Part shown: positions 9,965 to 20,562 of the stretch, piece by piece | Position numbering within the stretch: position 1 is the first letter of the stretch | Layout of the letters: each line of letters starts with the position of its first letter | Origin: a virus | Taxonomy: Duplodnaviria > Caudoviricetes | Direction: 5' to 3' (one strand) | Length of the DNA stretch: 64,000 nucleotides | IMG/VR virus record: IMGVR_UViG_3300044556_000077 | Span: 32,001-96,000 of that record | Made by a program: the position numbers and the translations under genes | Notes under the pieces: model-generated | Databases searched by the model: none | The model's input: only the letters and a program-made list of their open reading frames with translations | What the model was told of the DNA's origin: nothing

Positions 9965-11692
9965 ATGGCAAAAATTAAGAAGTTATTGACTTTTGACGAT
10001 TTAGTCAACTTCTGTGAAACAAGCCATTTGAAATCTTTCTCATTTAAGGATTCTGGTTATAGATTGGCATTGCAAGTTCCTTCTACTTTTGAAATTGATA
10101 ATTCTAGTAATCGTGATGGACTGTTAGACATCAAAGTAAAAGTAATGCATATTGGGAAAAATAGAAATCAATCTTACATTTCCGAAGATGCAGTGAAGAA
10201 AGCAATGTCATCTATCAAGAATCGTCCTGTATTGGGATATATTCATCAGTTAGATGATGGCAGTTATGATTTTTATGGTCATAACATTGAGATTGTTGAA
10301 AATGAAGACGGTGATAACGAGGTTGAATACCTTGAGTATCCTGTTGGAAATTTCACAGAAGATGAGCCAACTTTAGAGTATGATCCAGAGCATGATAAAA
10401 CCTATCTGGTTGCTCATGCTGTTATTTATGAGGAGTACTCTAAGGCAGCCGATATTATTAGAGAAAAACAAGGCACTAAGAATTCCTGTGAGATCATCAT
10501 TAATTCTTTTGCTTATAATGCGAAAGAAAGATGTGTTGAAATTCAGGACTTTTATTTTAGTGGATCTACATTGCTCGGATCAGATGATGCAGGAAACGAA
10601 ATCCTTGAAGGGATGGAAGGCTCAAGAGCAGACATTGTAGATTTTAGTGAACAGAATAACAGTATGTTTGCTCATAAACCAATTGATAATCCTGCATCTG
10701 AGAATGAAAGAAAGGAGGACGATAGAGTGTTAGAGGAACTTTTAAAAAAGTACGGCAAGACTGTAGAAGATCTTACTTTCGATTATTCTGAGTTATCTGA
10801 CGAAGAGCTTAAGAAAAAGTTTGAAGACGAATTCGACATTGATATTGATGATGATGACGATGACGTAGATGATGACTCCGATGACGATGATGAAGAAATC
10901 GAGGAGACTACAGAAACGACTATCGAAGAAGAAGACGATGACGATGATGATGACGATTCTGACGAAGATGAGGATGAGGATGAGGATGACGAAGACGATG
11001 ATCTTGACAATCCTGATGATGAGTTCTCCAAGAATGAAGAGCCAAAGGCAGAGCCAGATTCTTCCGAGAAGAAGTGTGGTGGCGGTAGAAAGAGAGATGT
11101 ATACGAAGTTCGCATGGACGAAATTTGGGGCATCATTTATCAGCTGACTGAGCAGTATCGTAATCCAGTTGATAATGCTGACGAGTATTGCATTCCAACT
11201 GAAGTCTATGAGACATATTTCATTATGTGCGACTACAACAGTGACAGACATTACAAGGTATCCTACTCTGTTGATGGTGACAATGTAACTATTGGTGAAA
11301 ACAGAGTTGAGGTATTCCCTGAGTGGCTGACTGCTGATCAGAAGACTGCACTCGATACACTTCAGAGTCGTTTTGAAGAAGTATCTACGGATCTTCAGAA
11401 ATATAAAGATGCTGAAGATAAGGCTAACAAGGAGGCTGTACTCGCTGACGAGGCTTATGAACAATTTGCTGATACAGAAGAGTTTAAGACGCTTCATGAG
11501 AAGATGGATGAGTTTACTCTTGATGAGCTTAAAGAAAAGGCAGAACTTGCTTTTGCTAAGTGCGTAAAAGAAGCAGGATCTTTTTCTGCTCATAAGAAAG
11601 AACCACAGAAGACGAGTACGAGATATGCTTTCTTGAATCCAAACAACACGGTTGAACATAAGAATCCTTATGGCAATCTGTTTGAGGAATAG
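9965..11692 (+). CDS. prohead protease-scaffold fusion
   Basis: H.GKNRN.S.I and G..NSCEI protease motifs; acidic and coiled-coil C-terminal half. Confidence 0.8.
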   Translation: MAKIKKLLTFDDLVNFCETSHLKSFSFKDSGYRLALQVPSTFEIDNSSNRDGLLDIKVKVMHIGKNRNQSYISEDAVKKAMSSIKNRPVLGYIHQLDDGSYDFYGHNIEIVENEDGDNEVEYLEYPVGNFTEDEPTLEYDPEHDKTYLVAHAVIYEEYSKAADIIREKQGTKNSCEIIINSFAYNAKERCVEIQDFYFSGSTLLGSDDAGNEILEGMEGSRADIVDFSEQNNSMFAHKPIDNPASENERKEDDRVLEELLKKYGKTVEDLTFDYSELSDEELKKKFEDEFDIDIDDDDDDVDDDSDDDDEEIEETTETTIEEEDDDDDDDDSDEDEDEDEDDEDDDLDNPDDEFSKNEEPKAEPDSSEKKCGGGRKRDVYEVRMDEIWGIIYQLTEQYRNPVDNADEYCIPTEVYETYFIMCDYNSDRHYKVSYSVDGDNVTIGENRVEVFPEWLTADQKTALDTLQSRFEEVSTDLQKYKDAEDKANKEAVLADEAYEQFADTEEFKTLHEKMDEFTLDELKEKAELAFAKCVKEAGSFSAHKKEPQKTSTRYAFLNPNNTVEHKNPYGNLFEE

Positions 11693-11738
11693 AAATTTAC
11701 ACAATATTAAGATAAATAATTTAAAGGAGGAAATGTAA

Positions 11739-12209
11739 ATGGCTACAAATTTTCTGAATTTTACAAAGCATGCAATCGCTGGTAGTTCCAGATTGAAGGC
11801 TACGACTGCTGGCCATATTTATGACATCGTTGCAGATAAGAACTATGATAACGGCACTCTGATTACCAAGGGTGACTATGTAGAGAACCAGACATACAAG
11901 GCTGGTGCTGCTGCAACAGCATTTGAGGGAAAGATCATTGATATTGCTGCTAATGGCAACTATTATGTTGAGGTTGTTACTCCGGGAGATGCTCTGCTGA
12001 TCCTGACTTCCCCGCTGATCTATGAGGATTATACATCTCAGATGACAGCTGAGTCTAACTTCTTCAACGCAAAGGGAGACATTATGAGAGCTTATGAGCT
12101 GTACAAGGGTGATGTTTTCGAGCTGTCTGCTGAAGGTTTCGAAGGAGCTGTTAAGAAGGGTGACAAGGTTAAGGTTACAACTACTCTTCTGAAGCAGGCT
12201 AATGCGTAA
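11739..12209 (+). CDS. head decoration/cement protein
   Basis: 156 aa between scaffold and capsid; strong RBS; high-expression codon usage. Confidence 0.65.
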   Translation: MATNFLNFTKHAIAGSSRLKATTAGHIYDIVADKNYDNGTLITKGDYVENQTYKAGAAATAFEGKIIDIAANGNYYVEVVTPGDALLILTSPLIYEDYTSQMTAESNFFNAKGDIMRAYELYKGDVFELSAEGFEGAVKKGDKVKVTTTLLKQANA

Positions 12210-12240
12210 TTAATTGATTAAGTGAGAGGAGGTTTATAAT

Positions 12241-12707
12241 ATGCCTATTATGAGATTTAGTAATCCGAATACAAATGCCGTAATCGAAGACTATGGCTTT
12301 GAAGATACAAAGAGACTGATGTTTGATGCTGGTGTTAATTCCCTGAAGGGTGTTTCTCCGAAAAAAGCTGATGGAAAGATCAGAGAGATTTTCCAGAACA
12401 TTTTGGGTGTTAGTGAGAATTCTTCTGCTAAAGAGCTGAGAAATGCTATCAGAAGAAATGCTATTTCTGTATATGAAGTAATCGAAGAGGTTGTTCCGCA
12501 GCTGATGAGAGTTGGTTGGGCTGAGAATCCGTTCTTCGATGCTTTTGTTGAGTATAGAAATGGTGCACTGGGTGACACTAACGAGTTCTATGTAGAGGAT
12601 GACACAATCCTGTCTGTAGCAAAGCTGTCTGGTGGACACCATGATATTATTCGTCAGAGACTCGGTGAAGGAAGTTCGTTCTCTGTTAAGACTAACTGGT
12701 ACGGGGT
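12241..12707 (+). CDS. major capsid protein, exon 1
   Basis: Synteny; YEVIEE, F..FVEYRN..LGD..EF, G.HD..RQRL; ends mid-codon GT. Confidence 0.85.
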
Positions 12708-13101
12708 TAGATATTAGCTCCCAAGCATCGTGAGGTGCTTCGTAATATATAAATGCATTGAACTGCTGGAATTTCTTAAAGCTGATTACACTAAAACGTA
12801 AGTATGAAATAAGACTAGGCGTGAATGCCACGAAAGTAGAAAAAAGTAATCAGATGGTGCAAGGTTAAACCCTAAACACTGAATAATATACATAATATTA
12901 TTACAATAGAGAATCAGCATCCAAGTTCCGAATAGGAAAAGGATCAACGACTATCCCCTTGTGGGAGTAGAATTGCAAGCGATTGGTAATTCGAAGTGGT
13001 GCGCTCATTCAATGAGAATGAGAAAGATATAGTCTAATCTTTAGTGAAAGCTAAAGGGCTTAATGCCAACACAGAGTAGCGTCTGTAGTTAAATACAAAT
13101 G
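12708..13101 (+). ncRNA. group I intron in major capsid gene (394 nt, no ORF)
   Basis: P1 GGGGU/GCUCC; P4 tgctg/cagca; canonical P7 aacgacta/agatatagtc; terminal G; splicing gives WYG-GT|A-KIYTEFELFMAGRIDW. Confidence 0.92.
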
Positions 13102-13723
13102 AAAGATCTACACAGAGTTTGAGCTGTTCATGGCAGGAAGAATTGATTGGGCTTCTTTTGTTCAGAAGATTTATGATGCTTATGACAGAATGATGAATGA
13201 TATGCTGTACAAGGCTACTATTGATGCAGCTGCAGCTGTTACCCCGGCATCCACATTCACAGCAACAGGTAAACTTGATACAACTACAGTTGATCATCTG
13301 ATCGAGGTTGTTGAGAACGTTGAGATGGCTACACAGGAACAGGCAACAATCGTAGGAACGAAGGTTGCTCTGTCCAAGCTGAGTAAGATCGTACCAGCTG
13401 AGTGGATTTCCAACGAGATGAAGCAGGAAAGACATCAGACAGGTGCTCTGGGACTTTGGGAAGGAATTCCTCTGCTTGAGATTAAGCAAGGATTTAAAGA
13501 CAGAACTTATACAACTAAGGTTGCAAAGGATGACGTTCTGCTCATTATTCCGTCTGGGGACAACAAGTTCATCAAGGTATTTGATGAGGGTGATGCTCAG
13601 ATTTATCAGGTTCAGGATTCTGCAACGAACATGGATATGACCATGACTTATGAGTATCAGCAGAAGATGGGTATTGCTACTGTTATGAATACTAAGATTG
13701 GTAGCTACACCATCACAGCTTAA
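13102..13723 (+). CDS. major capsid protein, exon 2 (spliced protein ~362 aa)
   Basis: Frame is open upstream of the ATG at 13130 back to the intron terminal G. Confidence 0.85.
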
Positions 13724-13753
13724 TTAGTAGCTATATAATTAAAATACTTGAAA

Positions 13754-13794
13754 TAAATAGAGTAAGGGCATTTTACTGCCCCTACTCTATTTTA
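13754..13794 (+). terminator. terminator after capsid gene
   Basis: aatagagtaagggca-tttt-ac-tgcccctactctatttt. Confidence 0.65.
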
Positions 13795-13819
13795 ATACAT
13801 GAAGAAAAGGAGTTTATTA

Positions 13820-14491
13820 ATGGCAACAGTTGGAAATAAGAAAACAACTAAGGCTACGTCCACAAAGGCTGCTACTGTCAAGAAGACAGCTACAACAGCC
13901 AAGGCTAAGACAACTCCAGTTAAAAAGGTAGAAAAGGTTGAAGAAAAAGAGCCTACTATCTCTGCAAAGGATGTGACTTCTGCGGTTGCATCTGGTGTTG
14001 CAGCTGGTGTCGAGGCAGCTATGGAGAAAACGCACAAACAGAGTAATGACAGTGATCTTATTACTTGTTGTTCTGTTACATTTGGTAAGCTGATTGTCTC
14101 TGGAAAGTCATTTGATGATGTATATATTTTCTACAACTATGGAGATACATGCGAAATCTCTGTTAAGGATTTAAAGACCCTCAGATCGACTCGTTCCAGA
14201 TTCTTGTTCGATCCAATGTTTATGATTGAAGATGAAGAGTTTCTTGAACAGCCTGAGTGGAGCAGATTAAAGAAACTTTATGATGAGCTGACTTATAAGG
14301 ATGCTGTTGAAATCCTGAATCTGCCTAATGACAGATTTGAAAAGGCACTTGGTAATCTGCCTGATGGATTTATTAAGGCTATCCAGTCTGCTATTTCTAC
14401 AGGACTGACTGATGGAACATTCGATTCAATTAATAAGGTGCGTATTTTTGACAGAGTTTGTGGAACTGACCTGAAATGCTTAATTGGTTAA
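13820..14491 (+). CDS. virion-associated hypothetical protein, Lys/Ala/Thr-rich N-terminus
   Basis: AAGGAG RBS before ATG 13820; follows capsid gene. Confidence 0.6.
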   Translation: MATVGNKKTTKATSTKAATVKKTATTAKAKTTPVKKVEKVEEKEPTISAKDVTSAVASGVAAGVEAAMEKTHKQSNDSDLITCCSVTFGKLIVSGKSFDDVYIFYNYGDTCEISVKDLKTLRSTRSRFLFDPMFMIEDEEFLEQPEWSRLKKLYDELTYKDAVEILNLPNDRFEKALGNLPDGFIKAIQSAISTGLTDGTFDSINKVRIFDRVCGTDLKCLIG

Positions 14492-14503
14492 AGGAGGTTT
14501 CAT

Positions 14504-14944
14504 ATGACAAAATACACACAGATTTTTAATGTATTCTTGTCTAAGATTGAAGACTCAGACCTCCCACAGCTTTCAGAAAATGATCAGATGCTCGAACTAA
14601 ACACATGGCTTGATTCGGCTCTTGGTGAAATGGAAATCGAGGGTGTCAAGATTATGCATGACATTCACGACAGAGATTCCGTAAAAGGCATTTTTAATAA
14701 CACACTGTCCGTTGGTGAAATTGAAGTCATTGCTAGGTATATGGTCATTGCATGGTATGATCGCAAGATCAATTCGTTAGAACATATTCTTCTCTTTGTT
14801 GGTACGAAGGAAGAAAAATTTACAAACCAGAAAGACCACTTAGCAGCGTTGAAAAACGCAAGACAAGGCTATAGACAGGAAGTTAGACGGATGATCGCAG
14901 AGTATGGTTTTAAAAATAACACCTATCTGCAGGAGGAAAAGTAA
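14504..14944 (+). CDS. head-tail adaptor (putative)
   Basis: Synteny, size, MT.Y..IF..FL.KI.D start. Confidence 0.6.
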   Translation: MTKYTQIFNVFLSKIEDSDLPQLSENDQMLELNTWLDSALGEMEIEGVKIMHDIHDRDSVKGIFNNTLSVGEIEVIARYMVIAWYDRKINSLEHILLFVGTKEEKFTNQKDHLAALKNARQGYRQEVRRMIAEYGFKNNTYLQEEK

Positions 14945-14946
14945 AA

Positions 14947-15270
14947 ATGCAATATAAATATGGAGAATACACGCAAGAGCAAGTTCACGATTATAAGAAG
15001 AAACTGCACAGCCTTGTGCATTGGCTTCTTATTTATAAAGAACAGAAGAGCAACAATTTAGATAATTATTTTAACATTGTACAGAGTAAGCTTGATGGTT
15101 ATGACGAATTAGTCAACCACCCTGATGTAATGGTTGAGATTATGAATCTTGTAGAGTCTGCCAGACTTGAGAGCAAGAAAGAAGATTACTCTCATAAATT
15201 ATATCGAAGCTTAATTTTAGATACACACGATCTTATTGATAAGTTACCAGAAGTAGATCAGGCTGAATAA
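14947..15270 (+). CDS. hypothetical neck-module protein
   Basis: 107 aa, coupled to neighbours. Confidence 0.55.
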   Translation: MQYKYGEYTQEQVHDYKKKLHSLVHWLLIYKEQKSNNLDNYFNIVQSKLDGYDELVNHPDVMVEIMNLVESARLESKKEDYSHKLYRSLILDTHDLIDKLPEVDQAE

Positions 15271-15285
15271 TGGTGGTGATATATT

Positions 15286-16506
15286 ATGCAGGATGTATTT
15301 ATTCGCAGAATGCAAAAGAAGATCATACCTTCAACCAATGATTATAATCTGGCAAGTAGATTTATTTCCAACGCTAATATTATTGAGAATGCAACATTTA
15401 CCAATGACCCTAACTGGCATGTTGGTATGTTGTACAATCAGATGTTAGAACCATTAAGGGAAGTAGATTTTAAGATTCAGAAAAATAAAAGTTACGATCC
15501 ATCTCAGGACGTTGTTGACTATCTGTTTCAATTCAGACCGGGCTTTCATCCAGAACAGGAATTTAAATACCCTGATGGAAGAGAGAGGACTGGTTTCTAT
15601 ATTGATGTTGCTGATCCAGAAGACAGATCACATGTATGTAAATGGATAATTTATGGTAAAGATGAAAGACGCTCATTTGATAGATATGTAGGACTCCGAT
15701 GCAATTGGGAGTTTGAATGGGTGGTATCAGAAGATCCAAGATCATATAAGAAAACCTATTATCATACACTTGGGATTTTAAGAGATTCGAGTAACGAAAA
15801 CTCTACTGTGTGGAGAGATACGCTGACAGAGACAATGGCTCAACAGATTTATTTTGTTGTTCCAACTACTGATATTACAAGAACAATAGATTATAATTTA
15901 AGATTCATGCTTGGTGATAATCCATTGCATCCACGCACATTTAAAGTGACAAAGATATTTGATACCGCTCCTTTTGGTATTACAAAATTTGTTTTATCAC
16001 AGTGCTTAAGAGAGCCACATAAAGATTTTAATGGAAGTTCGGAAGACTTAAAGCAATACAAATCATATATTGATGCTTCCATGCTACCTACTTTTGATGA
16101 TTTATATGGTGGAGATTATCATCAAATTTGCGATGTTTTACGTGATAACACACAAGACTCAGCAGATACATATAGAAAAGATGAATCAAAAGAAACTAAT
16201 ATTGATAGCGGTTGGAAATTATCTGATGTTGGAGATAAATTATACATTAATGCTCAACCTGTAATTATCAAAGCAACAAACGCTAATAAAGATGCGGTAT
16301 CACCAGAATGGCATATATACATTGATGGAAATGAATACCCATTTAAGGATGGCGAATTAAAAGAATATTTCGATATTACATTGAGTGACAATACATTATC
16401 CGTCCGAGTAATTAACTATGTTATGGCAGGGTATGTGTTGAAGGTATCAATTAAAGATCAAAATGGAAAGCTTTCTGACAGCGTAGAGTTGGAGGTTGTT
16501 AATTAA
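15286..16506 (+). CDS. head closure/neck protein (putative)
   Basis: Synteny; W.I...R.CNW..W and RF.L.D...P..FKVTK patterns. Confidence 0.55.
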   Translation: MQDVFIRRMQKKIIPSTNDYNLASRFISNANIIENATFTNDPNWHVGMLYNQMLEPLREVDFKIQKNKSYDPSQDVVDYLFQFRPGFHPEQEFKYPDGRERTGFYIDVADPEDRSHVCKWIIYGKDERRSFDRYVGLRCNWEFEWVVSEDPRSYKKTYYHTLGILRDSSNENSTVWRDTLTETMAQQIYFVVPTTDITRTIDYNLRFMLGDNPLHPRTFKVTKIFDTAPFGITKFVLSQCLREPHKDFNGSSEDLKQYKSYIDASMLPTFDDLYGGDYHQICDVLRDNTQDSADTYRKDESKETNIDSGWKLSDVGDKLYINAQPVIIKATNANKDAVSPEWHIYIDGNEYPFKDGELKEYFDITLSDNTLSVRVINYVMAGYVLKVSIKDQNGKLSDSVELEVVN

Positions 16507-16508
16507 TC

Positions 16509-17144
16509 ATGGAGTTCAAGGAGAAAACATGTGATGTAGTCCTGTCCCCTACTATGGATGCGTATGTAAAGAATTCTTCTTCATTACATCCTGAAGGGAA
16601 TTTTGACGAGATCACTAACATTAAATACAAAATTATGAAAATGCTTACCAGCGATGGTGATATTTTAAGAACACTGCACAACACTGAATTAGAGAAGTAT
16701 GTACCTACTTTGTATGATCCTAAATATATGAACGATCCAAAGTTAGATAAACAGCATAATGGTGATGTATATATTGATACTAATGTATTCAATTTTTTAC
16801 GTATTCCAGATATTGCGAGTGATGTAAAAACATATATTGGATTTGAAGTAGATGATGTTGAAATTCCTGATTTCAATACAAGCAGAATGACTAGAAACAT
16901 TACATTTAGGACAGTTTCTTATAAAGAAGAAAGCAAGACTAAATACGGAATCAGAAGACAGGATTTGCTTGCTTTACTGATCCGCAATAAATTTAACTGG
17001 ACTAATAAGTTTGGTCTTTCTGTTCATACAATTTGTAACGAAGGTAAACTTCTGGAGAGTGGCTATTACTACAGAGATATTATTCTGAACATGACAGCAA
17101 CGAATGATACTTATGATAGTATCAATAATAGTGGAGTTGTTTAA
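16509..17144 (+). CDS. tail terminator/completion protein (putative)
   Basis: R.DLLA.LI...FNW motif; upstream of tail tube gene. Confidence 0.55.
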   Translation: MEFKEKTCDVVLSPTMDAYVKNSSSLHPEGNFDEITNIKYKIMKMLTSDGDILRTLHNTELEKYVPTLYDPKYMNDPKLDKQHNGDVYIDTNVFNFLRIPDIASDVKTYIGFEVDDVEIPDFNTSRMTRNITFRTVSYKEESKTKYGIRRQDLLALLIRNKFNWTNKFGLSVHTICNEGKLLESGYYYRDIILNMTATNDTYDSINNSGVV

Positions 17145-17983
17145 TGTCAGATGTTTTAAATGAAATAAGTAATACAAGTAATGCTAGTCCTACTGCTCCA
17201 GAATCACAATCACTATTTGAATACGACATGCTTCAGATGTATATGAATACGTCTGATTATCATGTGACAGATAAAATTACTATTCATCAGCCTACTATTG
17301 GTGAAATCACACAGTATGGTGAAAAGGATTTTTTTAGAATGACAGCTGCGCTGTGCGCCAATCCAACTTCTTTAAGGCTTGAGCTTTGGGATCTTGGAAT
17401 TGATTGGAACAAGATTACTGAGTTTCAATTATTTACTATGGTTGCCCCACAATGGGAGCAGAAGCAGACTGAAATTCTATTTGGTGATCTTGATTTTCAA
17501 AAGTTTAAATTAACTACTAAAGAAAATAGTGATGATCTAGTAATGGTTTATTTGCCAGATATTTCTATTCAAATAGATGAATTGGTTTATTTACAGATTG
17601 TAGATTATTTAAGGTTTATGTTTAACATACATCCAAAGGTTGAAAGAGCGAAAGGTAAAACCACAAAAGAATTTATTATAGAGGGTGATCGCATGGATAA
17701 AGCTGCTCAAGAGCGGTTAGAGCGAATGCATCCTGAAAAAAGAGATAGTGGTGTTTTGTTTCGCCTGATTTCAAGTGCAGTTAACCATCCGGGCTTTAAG
17801 TATAAAAAAAATGAACTTATCGATGTTGGTATCGTTGAGTTCTTGGATAGTGTAAACAGACTCAGATTGTATGAACAATGCACTTCTGTTATGAAAGGTA
17901 TTTACAGCGGGTTTGTAGACACGAAAGGAATGAATATACAGAAAGAAACAGACTGGACACAGGATATGTATTCTAGTGATTAG
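17144..17983 (+). CDS. conserved tail-module protein
   Basis: I.QPTIGEI and GIYSG.VD motifs; TAATG coupling. Confidence 0.55.
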   Translation: MSDVLNEISNTSNASPTAPESQSLFEYDMLQMYMNTSDYHVTDKITIHQPTIGEITQYGEKDFFRMTAALCANPTSLRLELWDLGIDWNKITEFQLFTMVAPQWEQKQTEILFGDLDFQKFKLTTKENSDDLVMVYLPDISIQIDELVYLQIVDYLRFMFNIHPKVERAKGKTTKEFIIEGDRMDKAAQERLERMHPEKRDSGVLFRLISSAVNHPGFKYKKNELIDVGIVEFLDSVNRLRLYEQCTSVMKGIYSGFVDTKGMNIQKETDWTQDMYSSD

Positions 17984-18060
17984 TCTGATTTTCTATATAT
18001 AATTTACAAAATATTCTTGCTTTCTAAGCAAAACAAATTCTTTAACAAAGGAGGAAAACT

Positions 18061-18888
18061 ATGAGCTTTAAGATTGATAATATCGTAATCGATCGTGTCC
18101 AGATGGCTATTGCTGAAGACACAACACCTGAGCATAATTTCCTGTACACTCTGACACAGCTGTCCGAGCCACAGATTGAGATTAACGCTGAGTCCACAGA
18201 AGCAAAGGATGCTAACGGAGTTCTGATCAGAAAGTTCTATAAGGGAAAGACTGGTACATTCACAGCTAACTCTGCCCTGATCGACTTCAACATTCTGGGA
18301 GCTACTACTGGTTCTGGTAAGGAAGTTGCATCTGATACAAAGAAGATGACAGTTCCGAAGATCATGTATGTAAAAGTTCCGACAGGAACGGCTGCACCGA
18401 TCACTCTGCCAGATTCCACAGCTAACTCTGATGTTGTACTGAAGTCTCTGAAGGTTGCTTCTGTTGCAGGAAACGGAACAATGCTGACAAAGTACAAGCT
18501 TGGTGATGGTGGATTCCAGTTCTCCGAGGGCAAGCTGACTCTGCCTACTCTGTCTGATCAGGACAAGAAGGACGGAGCTACACGTTTCGTAATCAAGTAT
18601 GACAGAGTTCTGTCTGACAACGCAGTTGCAGTTAAGAACCGTGCAGATAAGTATCCGAGCACAATCAGACTCACTCTGAAGTGCCTGTGCATTGACCCGT
18701 GCGATGCTGGTACTCTGAGAGCTGCTTACATTGTACTTCCGTCCTTCCAAGTTTCCCCGGAGACTACAGTTGAGATGAAGACAGATGCACAGCTGGCTTA
18801 CAAGGGCGACCTTCAGGTTGACTACTGCTCTGACGAGAAGACTCTGTACGAGATTTACATGGCTGAAGACGATACTGAGGAAGAGTAA
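18061..18888 (+). CDS. major tail tube protein
   Basis: 275 aa, strong RBS, high-expression codon bias, position. Confidence 0.75.
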   Translation: MSFKIDNIVIDRVQMAIAEDTTPEHNFLYTLTQLSEPQIEINAESTEAKDANGVLIRKFYKGKTGTFTANSALIDFNILGATTGSGKEVASDTKKMTVPKIMYVKVPTGTAAPITLPDSTANSDVVLKSLKVASVAGNGTMLTKYKLGDGGFQFSEGKLTLPTLSDQDKKDGATRFVIKYDRVLSDNAVAVKNRADKYPSTIRLTLKCLCIDPCDAGTLRAAYIVLPSFQVSPETTVEMKTDAQLAYKGDLQVDYCSDEKTLYEIYMAEDDTEEE

Positions 18889-18982
18889 TCCTAGTATTAC
18901 TAAAAACATGTAACTAAATAAGTAATATGTTTAGGGGAGAGAGCTATCTCTTCCCTATTCTACTTAAACAGGGAGTTTATTA

Positions 18983-19507
18983 ATGAAGAGAGTAAACAGA
19001 GAGTGTATTGTATGCGGAGAAAAATATGAGTATTGCGATACATGCGGTGCGCCTACAGAGGAGAAAACTGATCTCTGGAAAGCACTGTTTCATGATGAGA
19101 ATTGCAAACATATTTACGAAGCATTAAGTGCACATATGGTTGGTACAAGATCCAATGAAGAAATTGTTTCTATGCTTTCCAAGTGCAATCTTGACTCTAT
19201 TACTTTAAAGCCTACTATGCAGAGAGCTTATGAAGAAATTATGGAGATTGCTACTGCCCCTTCTAAGAAAGAAGCAGATAAGCATGAAGAGAAAGAAGAA
19301 ACTTCTGAAGTAGAAACTAAAGTTGAAGAGCCAGAAGTAAAAAAAGAAACAGCTTCTAAAGAAGCAAAGACTGAAGATGTAACAGAAACTATTGATGTTA
19401 CTGATACGAAAGCAACATCAAATAAGTCTAATGTATCTTCCAACAAATATGTGAATGGAAGAGATTCTTCCTTCCTTTATAAGTCTGGATTCAAAAGAAG
19501 CAGATAA
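18983..19507 (+). CDS. Zn-finger protein
   Basis: CIVCG..YEYC..C and F....C motifs. Confidence 0.6.
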   Translation: MKRVNRECIVCGEKYEYCDTCGAPTEEKTDLWKALFHDENCKHIYEALSAHMVGTRSNEEIVSMLSKCNLDSITLKPTMQRAYEEIMEIATAPSKKEADKHEEKEETSEVETKVEEPEVKKETASKEAKTEDVTETIDVTDTKATSNKSNVSSNKYVNGRDSSFLYKSGFKRSR

Positions 19508-19568
19508 GAAATAATGAATAGTGATTTTTAATTAGACTTTATGCGTAAAATATTTGATTCCAAAATAT

Positions 19569-19615
19569 AGAGCTATGCAAATATCCTATTCAGATTTTGC
19601 ATAGCTCTTTTTTTA
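19569..19615 (+). terminator. intrinsic terminator
   Basis: agagctatgcaaa...tttgcatagctct followed by a T run. Confidence 0.7.
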
Positions 19616-19658
19616 CGCATTTTAGTTTAAGTTATGTTGGATAAAATGGAGAATTTAT

Positions 19659-19889
19659 ATGAAAGAATCGATTACAAGTGAAACGACTGGTAAAACATAT
19701 TGCCCCTCTGATTGTATTCGTTTGGTCAATATGAAACAGCTTGCTGCGTACATGGCATATGGGGTTGAACTTCAGGATATTTACGCAAGCAGAGATTTTA
19801 AAACAAATGTACCTATTCTCGTAGGAATTGTTAAGAGAGAAGACAGCAAACAGGCTTATGAGAAATGGTGCAATTATGAGCTTAAATAA
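19659..19889 (+). CDS. hypothetical protein
   Basis: 76 aa, GGAG RBS. Confidence 0.6.
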   Translation: MKESITSETTGKTYCPSDCIRLVNMKQLAAYMAYGVELQDIYASRDFKTNVPILVGIVKREDSKQAYEKWCNYELK

Positions 19890-19909
19890 ACTTAACTATT
19901 TACATTAGT

Positions 19910-20557
19910 TTGAAACTTAGAACAACTGAAGTGATTTATGAATGGAGTGATTGTTTGATACTAGATTTAGACAGACCAGTATTACACCTGACATCCCCTA
20001 TCCCAAGGACGGTAAATCATTATATGGGGATCAGAGTGGTTAAAAAAGGAAATAAAAGTATTCCAATGACGTATGTTACGCCAGAAGCTAAAAAGTACAA
20101 GTTGGAATTCATTCATTATATAAGAAAAGAAGTTAAGAAACAAGGTTGGGATAAGGTAAATAATAAGTATCGTCATCTATATATGGATGGCGTTTTTTAT
20201 ATGCCTAAAACCAATATGGACGCTGCTAACTGTGACAAAATCCTCTCAGATGCTATTACTGAATCAGGGGTAGTTTGGGATGATGATAGCGGTATTTTGT
20301 TCAGACCACAGAGAATTTATTATGATACGCAGAATCCTAGAATTGAATTAACAATTCATCCTGTTGAGTATTATGGGATCTTTGAGTCTAAGGAATCTGC
20401 TGAAAAGTTTGAACATAACTGTAGAAAATGCAAGAGATATATGCGTAATTGCAGTCTGCTTAGAAAAGCATTTGAATGCAGAATCTGTGAAGAAATCGAT
20501 ATGAATGGCGATGAGCCAGTATGTGAAAAGTTTAATCCAAAGGATAGTAAGGAGTAG
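19910..20557 (+). CDS. rusA: RusA-family Holliday junction resolvase (start may be slightly downstream)
   Basis: P.TVNHY, D.AN..K.L.DAI, V..DD, NPRIEL motifs; C-terminal Cys cluster. Confidence 0.85.
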   Translation: MKLRTTEVIYEWSDCLILDLDRPVLHLTSPIPRTVNHYMGIRVVKKGNKSIPMTYVTPEAKKYKLEFIHYIRKEVKKQGWDKVNNKYRHLYMDGVFYMPKTNMDAANCDKILSDAITESGVVWDDDSGILFRPQRIYYDTQNPRIELTIHPVEYYGIFESKESAEKFEHNCRKCKRYMRNCSLLRKAFECRICEEIDMNGDEPVCEKFNPKDSKE

Positions 20558-20562
20558 TAATT

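Noticed and set aside
10783-11704. Antisense and alternative-frame ORFs (poly-Ser etc.), and similar shadows over TMP, tail tube, ThyX-like and RecD2 genes
   Set aside because: By-products of low-complexity or biased coding on the real strand
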